Positions 1 to 15,951 are shown, numbered from the stretch's first letter. The stretch is DNA of 64,000 nucleotides from the human T2T-CHM13v2.0 reference genome, Homo sapiens (GCF_009914755.1 NC_060933.1), one strand, 5' to 3'. Program-made: numbers and translations. Notes: a model not told the origin generated them from the letters alone.

Positions 1-521
<521 letters not shown>

Positions 522-1374
522 TAATAGGAGAGTGAAACAAGGGTCTATTCTAAAATGACATGTCCAAAGGCATATGGATAATATGTAGTAGCACTGAACT
601 TAACCATAAGTACTAGAACTGAAAATTTGGTGCTCAGTTTGGTTTTTATTCTCCACCACATCATATTATCCTTCAATAGTGATAATAAGAAACCTTCCCA
701 AATGACACAAAACACCTCATTAAAAAGTCAGCTATATTAACAATCTTTTCCAGGAAATTTCATACACAGCTAGATTCTACATGTTTCTTCCAATTACCAC
801 TGAAATTTGTGCCTTTTTTTCCAGTCATTCTCACATCATCTATGGGTTCCAGTTGGTTGAAGGCATTTCTGCCTCATTAGTTTTTAATTGGCTCACACTG
901 ACACTTTTGCAAACAACCACCCTAACCTACACCCCTCTTTGTAGAGTTCCATGTCCCCCAGAGCTAACATGCTAAGTATGTGTAGAAATGGTTGACTTTA
1001 ACATCACCACTGTGAGTAGATCTGGGTAAAATGTAAAGTATTGTTGGACTTGGGAATTTCTGAGGAAAATATATTCTGGAATTGCTACTGTGGCAATTGA
1101 CTAGGAAAACAAAAAGAAAAAAAAGTGGTAGAAACAGCTAGACAGGGAATCAGAAAGCCTATGTGTATAACTCTGATAAATTACTAAATTTCTTTGAGCT
1201 ACCAGTTCCTAGTCTTCCTAATACTTATTTACTTAAATAAAAGAATGCCATTGAACTTAAATTATCTCTAAGTTTCCTGCCAGCTATAAGATTCAATGAT
1301 TTTATTGACGATGTATTAGGGATAATGTAAATAACTTTGAATGAAATTGAACTCTGCCCTTAGAAGAATATTCT

Positions 1375-2699
<1,325 letters not shown>

Positions 2700-2897
2700 T
2701 AAATTTGTCAGTGATCCACAAAAAGAAACAAATACTTTCCTAAGAAAGCATTTTAATTTTCAAAAATACAGAAAAATACTTATTTGACAAATATTTTAAT
2801 GATTTTTATCTTACTAATTTGACTGTATTTTAAGTGAAAAATGCTAACATTACTGACAACCTTTTTTTTTTTTTCAATGTACGGTATGGTTTCATTG

Positions 2898-3173
2898 TTT
2901 TTTTCCAACTTTTATTTTAAGTTCAGGGTTACATGTGCAGGATGTGCAGATTTGTTACATAAGTAAACGTGTGTCATGGTGGTTTGTTGCACAGATCATC
3001 CCATTACCTAGGTATTAAGCCCAGCATCCACTAGCTATTCTTCCTGATCTTCTCCCTTCTACCAGTCAGTCCCTGCCCTCTGCCAGGCCACAGGATGTGT
3101 TGTTCCCCACCACGTGTCCATGTGTGCTCATCATTTAGCTTCCGCTTATAAGTGAGAACATGCAATATTTGGT
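2898..3173 (-). mobile_element. 5'-truncated older L1PA 3' end (approx. L1PA8-16)
   Basis: ccaacttttattttaagttcagggttacatgtgcagg...gagaacatgcaatatttggt matches the antisense L1PA 3'UTR. Confidence 0.9.
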
Positions 3174-3569
3174 GAAAACCTTTTTCTTATGTTAACTATT
3201 GTCTTTTCATTTTCAGTGGGTTTTGAGGCTTTAATATTGTCAATTATATTTTGCATTAATCTACCTGTACAGCATTTTAAATCTGAAGCACACAGCAGAC
3301 CACTGTATTAGTAACTTTCACACCAATGGTCATAATAATCACAATAATAATCAAAATCTGTACTTTCTTTATGTTCAGTAAATTCAATTCCCAAAATTGC
3401 CTGTTGCTTCTAATTTCCTTGAATCACAGATACGATTTAATCTTGTATATTCAACTTTGTATATTTAATTTTGTATAGACAGCTTCCAAAGGGCAAAAGA
3501 GAGAACTAAAATTCACTTAGCCACTAAAACAGCATTACCTGTCTAACAGCATATTCACAATAGATGAAG

Positions 3570-3660
3570 AGATGTAGCACAACATGGTCCAAAGTATGCA
3601 ATCTGGGGTTAGACAGTCCTGAGTTTGAACTCCAGCTCTGCCATTTGCTAGTATATCAGG
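3570..3660 (+). mobile_element. MIR fragment
   Basis: ttagacagtcctgagtttgaactccagctctgccatttgctag resembles the MIR 5'/B-box region. Confidence 0.6.
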
Positions 3661-4049
3661 ATTATTGAGAAGTTTGGAAACAATGATTTGGTACAGCTAC
3701 TAGAACACTGTATGCATTTAACTAATGGTAGCCATCTGTAAACTCCAGTAATACAACAGCATTAAAGTTCTACCTGCTTAGAGAGTGGTAGACCTTCTAT
3801 AGAACCAAGTTAGCAAATATTCAATATCAGTACACTAGAAATATTTCAGAAAATAGATTAGTTATGCTCCTCTAAGATAAGGGCTCTCAACCTTTTCATT
3901 ATAACCATCTCACACATGATTATCTCTACAGTCTTGGTCGTCTGTCATTGTCCTACACCTCATGGACCACACTGACACATATTCAGTGACTCACACCATA
4001 AAGTAGTAGTTATTATTGTTACCTCATCCTCCCTATCCTTTGCTGCTGA

Positions 4050-4860
4050 TACTCATCATCACCAAGTCAATTAATTTTCATTCCCTAAATGTCTCTGCAA
4101 TGTATCCTGTCTCTTTTCTGTAGTTTTTAAATCTTCACTGCCACCATATTCTCCTGAGCTATTGTAATAGTCTTGTAATTAGTCCCTTACATACACACAC
4201 AGCTCCCTCTGATACATTATTTACACTGTAGTGATCTTTAAAATAAACACACATACACAAATGTGTTAACTGGCCTTCCCCAATTCAAACACATCAACAA
4301 CATCCCAAGTCCTTAGAATAAAAACCAAAACCCTTACCACAGCCCACAAGATTATAGATGATTTGGAGCTGTTATCTACCTGTTGAGCTCAATCCAAACT
4401 CCTTCCTCCTTCACTCTCTGTGCTCTGGTCACGTCAGTCTTCTTTAATTTATTTATTTATTCATTCATTTATTTAGAGACGGAGTCTTGCTCTGTTGCCT
4501 AGCCTGGAGTGTAGGGGTGTCATCTCAGCTCACTGCAACCTCTGCCTCCTGGGTTCAAGTGATTCTCCTACCTCACAGGCGTGAGCCACTGTGCCCGGCC
4601 TAGTCTTTTTAAATTGCTGTATGTGTTGCTATTGTCTTTAACCTCAGGTTGTTTACATAGTGTTCCTTCTGCCTAGAACATTCTCATCTTTCTACCACAC
4701 TCACTCTGTTAATCTTTAATTGGTCAGATATCAGATCAAACACAACTTCCCAAGGAAAGCCCTCATTTCCCCCACTCAAACCATAATAAGGCAGGTATTT
4801 CCCTTCTATGCTGTCACAGCAACTGACATTTCCCTTCAGTGTATATTAATCACTTTTAAT
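4050..4860. mobile_element. L2 remnants interrupted by an Alu
   Basis: Degenerate L2 3' motifs (aaccaaaacccttaccacagcccacaag; gttccttctgcctagaacattctc). Confidence 0.55.
4446..4600 (-). mobile_element. AluS with ~155-bp internal deletion
   Basis: Right-arm sequence ...gattctcctacctc joined directly to the left-arm start acaggcgtgagccactgtgcccggcc. TSD agtctt(c/t)ttt at 4436-4445 and 4602-4610. Confidence 0.9.
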
Positions 4861-4867
4861 AATTCAA

Positions 4868-5280
<413 letters not shown>

Positions 5281-5944
5281 TAATACACTTATTATATATT
5301 AAATCATTAAATGTTAATTCCATACAGACAAGTGTCATGCTAAGTTTTCTCAGTTTTAATCCCTGGAGAATAGCGCAGTGTCTAAACAAAGCTAATACTC
5401 AACGAAAATTAGTTGAACAAAGTATAAAAAGAAATCAGGGAATATTTTTTCACTGTTATTTTTCCCTTACAGTTTTTGTTTTGAAAATATTTTTTTCTCC
5501 TGTAAACTTTCAGTCTGCTCTTTTTTCCAAAGATGGATTGTGTCTGGCATATATAATCCAAGCACTCTGCCCACCTATTACCCTTGATAATTGTATTTGA
5601 TTAACCAGTCACATCACAGATGTTGCTACAATTTGATCAGCAAACAGTTCTTCTGATCAGCACGAAATAATCACTATCAGGGAAAGTGAATGTAATTCTG
5701 AGTTTTGTTAACAAATGGAGACTTACTATCGAAAAGAATATAATTTTGTTAGAATTTTTGAAATGTAAAAAATAATTATCTAAAAAGAGCAAATATTTAG
5801 ATTACTTCCAAGGAATAGGACAGAGGTTCAATTATCGACCTGCGGACCTTTGTCCATCTGTAAATAATTCCCAAATTGTAAGTTGACTGTGTTTAAAAGT
5901 TTATACATAAGTAAGTCAATGATTTAGAACTCAATGTATTTTCC

Positions 5945-6216
5945 ATATATATATATATATAGTGTATGTATGTGTATATATATATATATACAAATTTGTA
6001 ATATATAAATTTGTAAAACTATACACATACACATTATATATAGTGTGTGTATATATATAGTGTGTGTGTATATATATTCTTTAGCAGTATATATATATAT
6101 TTCTTTAGCAATTGTATATATATACATATATACACTATATATACACACATATACACTATATATGTATATAGATACTATATATATGTATTTAGATACTATA
6201 TATATAATATATAATA

Positions 6217-6261
<45 letters not shown>
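5945..6261. repeat. Compound (TA)n/(TG)n/(CA)n microsatellite
   Basis: Directly visible. Confidence 0.95.
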
Positions 6262-6264
<3 letters not shown>

Positions 6265-6586
6265 TAAAGAAATAACTTTAATGCATTTAGAAACCTCAAA
6301 ATCAAAATTTCCCTGCTGGCACTGCAGGGTCCCCTCCCTTTGGCTGGCCCTCCTCTCAGAACACTGAGCACTCCCAGGCACTCAAAGTCTTTCTTGCCCA
6401 CATGTGGGTAGGAGGGACACAGGGAGACCCTGCATTGTCCCTAATAATTGCAACGGCGCCCCTTGTGCCTGTCAGTCCGGGTGAGGTTGCCCCATGGGTG
6501 CAGTGTGGAAGTGGTGGTGACCAGAAGCTGAGAGAGGCCTGGCCAGCAAATGGGACTAGGCTGGACTCCCTGGAAGCAGCAGGGAG
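6262..6586 (-). pseudogene. Probable 5'-truncated processed retrocopy of an mRNA 3'UTR (parent gene not recognised)
   Basis: Sharply bounded GC-rich block unlike any repeat family I recognise. The minus strand ends ...ctaaatgcATTAAAgttatttctttagcc followed by an A/T tract; ATTAAA lies 15 nt from the end. Confidence 0.6.
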
Positions 6587-6635
<49 letters not shown>

Positions 6636-6753
6636 CATACATACATACATATATACATATATATATACACACACATATACATATATATACACACATATAT
6701 ACATACATATATATATACACATACATATACACGTTTATATATATATATATATA
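6587..6753. repeat. Compound (CA)n/(TA)n/(TACA)n microsatellite
   Basis: Directly visible. Confidence 0.95.
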
Positions 6754-9700
6754 AAGTCTGTGTGTACATATGACAACATATAAACATTTAGGCCCACACA
6801 ACACTATTTAATTGCATAGTTAAAGTGTGTCAATAGCAATTAAATATTAAAGTCTATCTATGAAAAATGCATTTGAAGTAGTAGTTGCACTAGGAAAGAT
6901 TTTTACAAGAACTGGTGCTATTATGGAACTAATTGCAATGAATAATAAAACTGAACTTTCTAGTTGCCTAAGGTTCTGCTACTTCTGAGGGGTAGAACAG
7001 CTATCCTTAGCTTCCCAGGTGGTGGAACATTTGAACAGGATGCCTGTAGGTCAGGGATCTGAGGTTGCCATGCAGAAACTAGGATCACTATTTTTAGTCA
7101 GTACAAACAGCTGAATTCTCCAGAGAGTTTCAAACTGCATAAACCAGATCCACTTTCACTAAGGTTCCTAGAAGCGCCATTGAACTTGCCTAATATACTC
7201 TTTTATCTTGGTAATTAATTGTTCAGCAACAAGTGACAGTAACTATACAGTTGTTATATTTGGCTATTTATTTTCCTATGGTGGGCAAATAAAAAACAAA
7301 AATTTTATTTTAAGTATTGATACAAATAAATAGAATAACCTAGAATTGCTTTAAATTTCCTAAATTTTCATAAATTAACTAAATCAACAAGTTATGTTTG
7401 CTTTCAATGTACTGACATGCCTTTACTCAAACTCAGAAATGAAATATACAGTGAGAAGGGGAAGAAAATTAATTGCAGAGAAGATAAAACATTGATATAT
7501 TTGAAAGACATTATTGGCTAACATAATTAGGATAGAAAATGGAGGCTCAAAAAACTGGATCTAAGCTAAAATGGTACTATGAAAAAAATTTTTAAAACAA
7601 GCTTTTATGGAAGGTCTAAAATGGTATATTCCTTCTAGAAAGAGTAATTTGAAGAGCCAATTAATTCATACTAGGCAGTAATCTTTCAGTTAATGGTATT
7701 TAATTAAAATGACAGGGCTACTCCTTGGATTTGAGGGTAATGACAAATGAAACTTTAATTAGAGTCTTACCTTCCAGGAAAGAGTATGGGCCACTGGATT
7801 TTTGCACAAAATATACCATAGTTACTCACATAATTTCTTTTGTTGCTTATTTCTTTTCTTCCAATTTTAAGTAATATATGTACTGCTTGTTTGTTTTTGA
7901 TTTCCCGCTTTTACAGGTGAAAGTCTGTTTTTCTCTCTATGTAATTTCCCATAATTTATTCTAATGAGGCTAGCTAGTATCATCTACAGAATCCTAGAAT
8001 GAATTCAATACTAAACTAAAACTTTGCTTTTATGAGATAACATGCAATTGTGAGACACATTTAGGAGTTTCCACTTAGGCAACTTGAGATAAACTGAATA
8101 TAATACATTCAAACAGAACATTAAATGAGAGAGAAATAATATAGAAATAGTAATTAGAGCTTCGTCAAGTTAATATTAGAGATGCAGGCTTTTAAACTGA
8201 AGTGGATCTAACATATTTTAGATATTTAAGAAATGTTCCCCAGTGGGTTGACCACATTTCATTGCTTAAGGTAATGCAGAGCAGGGTATGAACAAGAAAG
8301 CCTAATGTATGATTTCCAACGAGTGAGGCAGGACCTTGTACATATAATGCTGTGTCCATTATAATAATGATGAACAAAGAGCTATACAAACACGCTTGTC
8401 AGTTTCTAACCCCAGACTCTGGCAGAACAGTTGAAAATAGATGCTCAATAGAGATGTCTGCTGAGTTGATGCTGACATATAAGTTCCATGTTATTGATCT
8501 AGATGTGGGAAAAAAATTGAAAGGATTTTTTTTTCTCTAGTTATTAAAAGTCAAGGGTCAGATGAGCTCCTTGAATGAGGCTTCTTGTTCTAACTTGCCC
8601 CTGGTCTTAAAAAAACTGTTGGCATTAGGATGAACTATACATTCCAGAAAAGTGATTCTCAACTCTCTCCTGATTGTACCTGATGACATGTTGCAGAAGC
8701 CTGTAATTTGTTACTAATATTAAAGAGTAATGTTACTGGATGATTTGCTTTTATTAAAAAAAAAGAAGGGCATGTTCAGGGTGACATATATGCCACCTTA
8801 TTGCATTCTAGTAAGATAAGCTTTTCAGAGGAGACATCACAACAAGCTACTGGAAATAAAATACAGCCAACACATTGTTTTATCTCAGCCACATCCAGCA
8901 GTGTGATCACACAGACACAAGGATCATGGGTTTAGATGTGGGGCAAAAAGACAAACAAAAAGGCTGAGAACTGTAATCCTAGATTGTGAAAGAGAAACAG
9001 AAAGGTCTACTGACCAGTGATTGACGATACTTCTGTCTGAAAACATGCTTTCAATCGATTTAATATTTTTCCATATTTATGCCAGGATAATTAAAATCAA
9101 TTGAAGAAATCCTACAGAAATAAGCTCCAACTGGATTTAATTTGCAAAAAATTTAAAGGCTGCACATTGTTTTAGAAAAAAGACAGGTCAAAATGAAGGT
9201 AAGATTTGTATTACCAGCTTACATGTAAGAACTTCATTGAATGTTTTGAAGATAACATTTTGAGGAATGTAGAAAAACACTGAGAGGAACTTTATCACTA
9301 ATTATTATAGAATATTTAACACAAATATAACCTTTAGATATGATTCATTTTTCTAAGTGAATTTGAAAGTATTTAGGTATGACTATGAGTAGAGTCTCTG
9401 CTACTCACTAATGTAGGATACACATCATCAACTTCATACATTTACTATATTCCTCCTTCAGTAATTGAATTTGTCACTCTTGTTAAAAGAAGACCATAAA
9501 CAGATTATAAAGGATCAACCTTATGTGGTTTCATGAAAGGCTGCTTTATGAGATTTAACAACAGATTCATGCTATCAATGCTGATACTAAATGTGGTCCA
9601 TTGAACAATCCTGAAATATAAAAAGACTAATTACATAAGTTGATGTTACACATGAACATGAACAGAGAAAATATTTTCTCAGAAAAAAATTAGATAACAA

Positions 9701-12404
9701 TCTCAACATTTATATACTTAAACTCCTGATTAGATACAACCAAGAAAAAAAGTTTAAGGGAATACATATGATTTTTAATTTTTTCCTTTCCTGCAAGGTC
9801 TATAAATTATCTTTCACATAAGCACTGGCATCATTCATTTCATTGAATAATTTATGTCTTGTAGAATGTCTGCTGAGTTTACAAAGATAAGATCAGGACT
9901 ATTAGAGATGCTTCCCTTGGTGGGATTCAACACCTCAAGTAAACCTACTGACATCCATGTTGAGTGGACAAGTTAACCCTTGCCTAACTGAATTATTTTG
10001 CATTTTCAACATTACTTCCTTGTTTAGAACTTAAACTTATACTCAGAACTTGGAGGAACTGACAACAGTGGAAGGTACCAGCCATAAAATGTTGTCCATT
10101 GCAAAGCAGTAGAAATGAGTAGGAAGATTTGTGGGTGTTCCCGGGAACTCATCAGTCTCCTGTTCATTTTCAATAGGAGACTCACAAGTTCCTGCAAATG
10201 CACACAAACTTATTCTAAGCAGGAACCATTTGCAGATAAGCAGCTGTTCATATTTCCTCCATTTCAAGTGAATACAGTAATCTGTTCCCCTGGAGTATCT
10301 TCAGCAGCTTGGCTGGTGCTTGTGATTCTTTTCAAACAGTTTTGTGGGCATCCCAGACACTGGTCACCTTCATTTATGTATTCAATAAATATTGATTGAG
10401 CATCCCTTAAGCAGGTCACTGTTCTTGTTTTAAAGATAGAGTGATAAATAATTTCTTGCCTTTAGGGCAATTCTATCAAACATTAGTCCAGTTCACTTTC
10501 AATAATGCCTGAGTCAAAGTATCAGTCTCCAATGCCAAATGAGAGGCAGTGGTATTTAAATTTGTACTTCCTGGTGCAATGGGAAGAATCTAGCAAAGGG
10601 AACTACGAGATCAGAATTCTAGCCCTACTGCAGCTAAGACATAGCAGTATTTCCATGTCACACCATTTAACATGTTTTTTGCTTCAGTTTTTTTTTAATT
10701 TTAAAAATTATTATTTGGGCTATTTTACTTTTCATTCTGGATATAAATGTGTGATGATGATATAATAACTGGAAACAAAGAATGGAAGTGTTTATACATA
10801 AATATAATGTTATTGAAGTTGTCTTTTTCTATTAAAAAACCTTTGTTTCAGCAATTACTGTAAATTTTAAATGTATTATTAATAACTGGAATCTTTTCTA
10901 CCAGCCAACACATAAATTATTTTTCTCATATAAAAACAAATGGTTAATTTGCCCATTTAATGGCTCCTAACATTGAAACTTATTTTTATCAGCTTTAATG
11001 TCTCCATTAGATCTCAGACTCTAGTTCTAATGTTCTAAGAAGACAGGCCCAGTTCTTGACCAGGAAGGTGGTAATCATCAAGGTAAATATTTTTCCAAGA
11101 CCAGGTGTTAGTCTTTGCAGTTTTTCTGAAATTTTAAGCTCTAGAAAATTTTGCCTACGTTAGTTTGTTCAAATGAAAAAAATAAATATTCCACTATCTC
11201 TTCTCCCCATAAAAAGCATGTGTATAGGCAATTATGCCTGTTCACACACAGGGTCTCTGTCCATAAAGGTTCCCAGCTGGTAAAATTTCATGCACTCATG
11301 CTCGGTACAGAATAGCATATAGATCCATTTATTTTACTACCATATGCCCTTGTAAGAGGCAGTATGTAAATACTTTATTGAAGAGGTTTAATTTTTAAGT
11401 CCTATCTAGGAATTGGCAGAAATTAACTACAGGTTTTCTTGGTTTTTTGTTTTGTTTTGTTTTGTTTTTGTGGGGCAAAAGAAGGGGTTTTGATCTCAGT
11501 AGACTTTCCTGTCCCTGGAGCTTGGATTTCTGTTTCTGTCTCACTGTTAAAGGACTGAGACCATATCTCCATATAATTAGGTTGTGCAGGTAAGCAGTTA
11601 CTGTCTTTTCCTAAATGGGTACACACTTGTGTACCAGGGGCAGCACTGCCATGGAGCCCTGATCAAAGGGGCCTGCCTGGTATTTAATGAGGTGGAAGAA
11701 GAATGCCACAATGAATACAGCCTCAACTACTCTGAATTATGAGGTTTATGTGGTTGAGTGTAGAAGTTTCTCCAAATGGACCCAGAGTCAGTTACTTGTA
11801 TGGCAGAGGAGTTTGGAGGACAATGGAACATTCTCTCTTTAATCTCTACTAGGGCTGGGGAAGGAAGTAGACCCCACTGAATAACCTCCTCATTATGTGG
11901 CTATATTAAAATTGTTGAATATCTATTTATGTAAATCATATGCTCTAAAGGTTATTTGCTGTTAAAGTCTCCAATTAAAATTCCAACTGACAGTCAAGAA
12001 TCCTTGAAATAGCCTAATCAAATAAGAGTAGATCACCACTTTATCCAAGGAATAAGCATCCTCTAGGCAGAGGCGCCATCCTGTTTTTCTTTTTTCCACA
12101 CCTAGAAAATCTTCAGCAGCTAACAAAATCAACTGACTAGTATATGAAATGTATTTGTAAATAAATAAATAATCAGCAACTCAGAGAACATTTATTAAAA
12201 GTTTTCTAAAGGGTAGAGTAGGTGGCTAAATAAATGTGATACAATCATTTCCTTTATAGTGTTTGCATTAACATTTTACCTAATAATAAAACGTAGGTTA
12301 TTTGTGGCAAATGCATATCACAGATGCAGATATACAAAGATGACAAGGAGAAACACTAAATAGCAATAAATGGTGCAAACCAAGAAACAGAGGAGGAAAT
12401 GTTG

Positions 12405-12590
12405 AAGCAATTGTGTAGCAGTACATAAAAGTTTAGAGTTCTACAAGCAGAGACCTGTATGTAACTATCACACATAGAATAAGCAATGTATTCTATGTGT
12501 GCATCACATTATATTTAATCTCTCTGGGACTTAGTTTTCTCATTTCAAAATGTGGATACTAGTAGTACCTATCTCATAGTATTTTATCAT
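12405..12590 (+). mobile_element. MIR
   Basis: atttaatctctctgggacttagttttctcatttcaaaatgtggatactagtagtacctatctcatag is the MIR core. Confidence 0.75.
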
Positions 12591-13904
12591 TCTTATCAGC
12601 ATTATTGTCATTATTGAGGGTAAGAAATGGAACAGAGAGAACAAATTGAATGTTATAGCCCTGTTACTGAATTTACATATTAATGCTAAAATCTTGAAGC
12701 AGGAAAGGAATTTCTGGAGAAAAAAAAAGAGTATTAGTCATATTAACACCTAACCCATTATAATCCTGAAAAATCTACTAATAACATTGTCATTATAATG
12801 AAGTCTGGTACCTTTGGGGTGAGTATAGATGCTATTTCTAGGGAACTGTTTCCACATTTCTCAAAAAGTTATTTAAGATGATGAAAATTATACCCATTCC
12901 TTGTACTTCTATTAAGAGAAGCCATTCCTTAACATCTTTATAGCTCTTTGACAACCTTTCTGCTACTTATTATTATCAATGCTGAAATAAATTATTTAGA
13001 GAATACTCATGCAATTTATGAGGTCACAATAAAGAAAATGGTCAAAGTCACAGAAACACAAATATTTCTTAAATACAGAGCAACATATTTTAGAATGAGA
13101 ATTTAGACTACGTGAATGCTGTAAGGCACTTAAAAGTTTATATGAGTTTTCTATTTTAAGATACTTTTTTTTTAAACACTCTAACATTATTCATGTTACT
13201 ACCTCTTTGGTTAATAAGCATTTTCTATCCTTATCCCAGTGTCTGATCTTTAGAGAAACAAAATAAACTGTTGGAAATAACAAACTGGGTCTTTCTTTAT
13301 AAATTTTTTTACCTCATCAAATCACTATGTTCATAAAGTATACTACATGGTTGAAATAGGTGGAGATAAATCTGAATTTTAAAATTTTCACTCCATGCTA
13401 GACTGCAGCGATGCACCTATCCAGGTTTTTGATTAGAATTATGAAAAACAAGCAGTCATAATGTACTGAGCTCTAAGAGGTCAAGTTCTCAAGTTTGAGA
13501 TTTGCTTAGGCTTATTTCTCCATAGTGATTGCCACTATGCCCATACACTTTACAGAAAATGTGTGAAGAGATCATGATAAAATATGAATTTATGTATTGA
13601 TTCATGCTTTCAAAGATATTTGTTTGACACTAAGTTCATTACTGATAAAAATGTTCACCAATGCAATTGTACTTTTCATGCTTATTCTTGATACTGAATC
13701 TGACAAAAAGATTTCTGACCAGCTATAGTCACATATTTTTACTAATAATCCATGTTTCATGAAACCAACAAAAACTATATACACAACTTAAAATCAAAAG
13801 CAACTTAACATGTAAATAAAAGCAATGATAATGACATAATTAAAAAGACAATTTCTCTTGACATACTCTTATTGAAAATGATTATACCAACACAAAAGAT
13901 TTTA

Positions 13905-14095
13905 TTACTTGGCATAAGAAACAGCAATGAAAACTGTATTGACTTTAATTTTGTCAGATACTCAAGTTTCTATTCTGAGTCATACTACCCTATTGAATAT
14001 TATTACACAATACTGTTCCTTAAATAGTTTTAAATTAGTTTTGATTTGGAGAAATAGTGTTATGCTAGTGCTACAATGACGAAAATGTTTAAAAC
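13905..14095 (-). mobile_element. Fossil hAT transposase C-terminal dimerisation domain (Tip100/Zaphod-like)
   Basis: Minus-strand translation LNIFVIVALA*HYFSKSKLI*NYLRNSI...LRIET*VSDKI aligns to the hAT motif LTIPVTVASAERSFSKLKLIKNYLRSTM...LSIE. Confidence 0.65.
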
Positions 14096-14249
14096 TTAAA
14101 TTATTTTTTTAGAAAAAAGATTTCTGTTGAAGTATTTAATAAAAATTCCACTTCATTTTCAAAGAATTTAAGTATATTCAATCCTGATTATATCTCAAGT
14201 AGTGATAGCAGATACTATAAGAAATGTTTCAAAATGCTTTATGCACCTC

Positions 14250-14970
14250 TACCTTTCTATTAATTAAAAATTTATACATGCTTGATGCTTAAAGATCCAA
14301 ATATTTTAAACGTCTACAAAAGCAAATGTGAAAGCCTCTCTTCTCTTCTTCCATTCTCTACCCAATCCAACAGCCTTCCTGGGAGCAAGCATTATTAACA
14401 GTTTAACATTAATCTCCCAGAATGTTTCCATCTAGTATAATGATGTTTTGTTTGATTTTATTGCATGAATTGGGACCGTATTACCCATTGAATCCTGCAA
14501 ATTACTTTTCACATTTCTCAATATATGATGGTCATTATACCATGTCAGGACATCTGACTATTTTTAATGGCCAACTATTTCCCATCAATGACTAGTTCCC
14601 CCTCAGCCCATTACAATGCTGCAATTAACATCACTCTGAGAAAGTCTATTTACTTTTAGGTTCAGACTGAGTATTTCTTAGTAAAAAGTCATGCAGTTTT
14701 TTAAAAATATAAATTGCTAAAACCCAACAAATTGTCCATCAGAAAGGCAATTTGCACCCCCAACAGCAGATAATAACAGTAATCATTTGTCTGTGTCCTT
14801 GACAGCAATGGTTATCATTTTTTTATAAATTTAAAAAATTTGATGGAAGAAAATAATATCTTATTGTTTTTAGTTTTTTCTGATAAGAAATATAATTGAA
14901 CATGCATTAGTATGTTTCATATTTCTATTGATTACTTGTGTGTCTTTTTCACAAATAAGTTATTCACACT
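14250..14970 (-). mobile_element. Old L1ME-like 3' fragments
   Basis: Degenerate motifs attacaatgctgcaattaacatc and aatttgcacccccaacagcag. Confidence 0.55.
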
Positions 14971-14986
14971 TTTTTTAATGGTTTGA

Positions 14987-15507
14987 TTTTTTTTAATTAT
15001 TATTATACTTTAAGTTTTAGGGTACATGTGCACAATGTGCAGGTTAGTTAAATATGTATATATGTGCCATGCTGGTGTGCTGCACCCATTCACTGGTCAT
15101 TTAGCATTAGGTATATCTCCTAATGCTATCCCTCCCCCCTGCCCCCACCCCACAACAGTCCCCAGAGTGTGATGTTCCCCTTCCTGTGTCCATGTGTTCT
15201 CATTGTTCAATTCCCATCTATGAGTGAGAACATGCAGCATTTGGTTTTTTGTCCCTGCGATAGTTTACTGAGAATGATGATTTCCAATTTCATCCATGTC
15301 CCTACAAAGGACATGAACTCATCATCTTTTATGGTTGCATAGTATTCCATGGTGTATATGTGCCACATTTTCTTAATCCAGTCTATCATTGTTGGACATT
15401 TGGGTTGGTTCCAAGTCTTTGCTATTGTGAATAGTGTCACAATAAACATACGTGTGCATGTGTCTTTATAGCAGCATGATTTATAGTCCTTTGGGTATAT
15501 ACCCAGT
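14987..15507 (-). mobile_element. 5'-truncated L1PA3-like 3' end
   Basis: ttattatactttaagttttagggtacatgtgcacaatgtgcagg...gggtatatacccagt. ORF 15207-15449 is the ORF2 C-terminus (WNQPKCPTMIDWIKKMWHIYTMEYY). Confidence 0.95.
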
Positions 15508-15951
15508 TTGACAATTTTATTCTATATGGTTGCTGTTATATTGATTTTAGGTGCTATTTATATATTTTATCATGGATAATAATAGTGTCTTACATGTTAC
15601 AACAATTCGCTTCAAGCTTTATGCTTAAAATTAACTTTATTATGATGTCTTTCACATTATATAGTCATTTTTAAAGCTTATATAGTTAAATATGTCAATT
15701 AATTCTCTTATGACTCAGTTTCATTTCTTGCTTAGTAGTAAATTTACCACCCTGATATTAAAATACACTGCTATATTTTCTTCTTTTTTAGTTTATTTTT
15801 TACTTTTAGATATTTCATTTAACTAAAATTAACTTTTTATATTGTGAGAAGCAATAGTATTTTTTGCCAATGAATAGAAATGTGTCAACTTTTTACATTT
15901 TATTAATATATAATATTTGTTGATATGACAGAGTGTAAAATATAATTTCCC

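Noticed and set aside
7760-11600. Isolated strong splice donors (~7770 minus, ~9199 plus, ~11590 plus)
   Set aside because: No consistent open exon chain; expected by chance in 64 kb.
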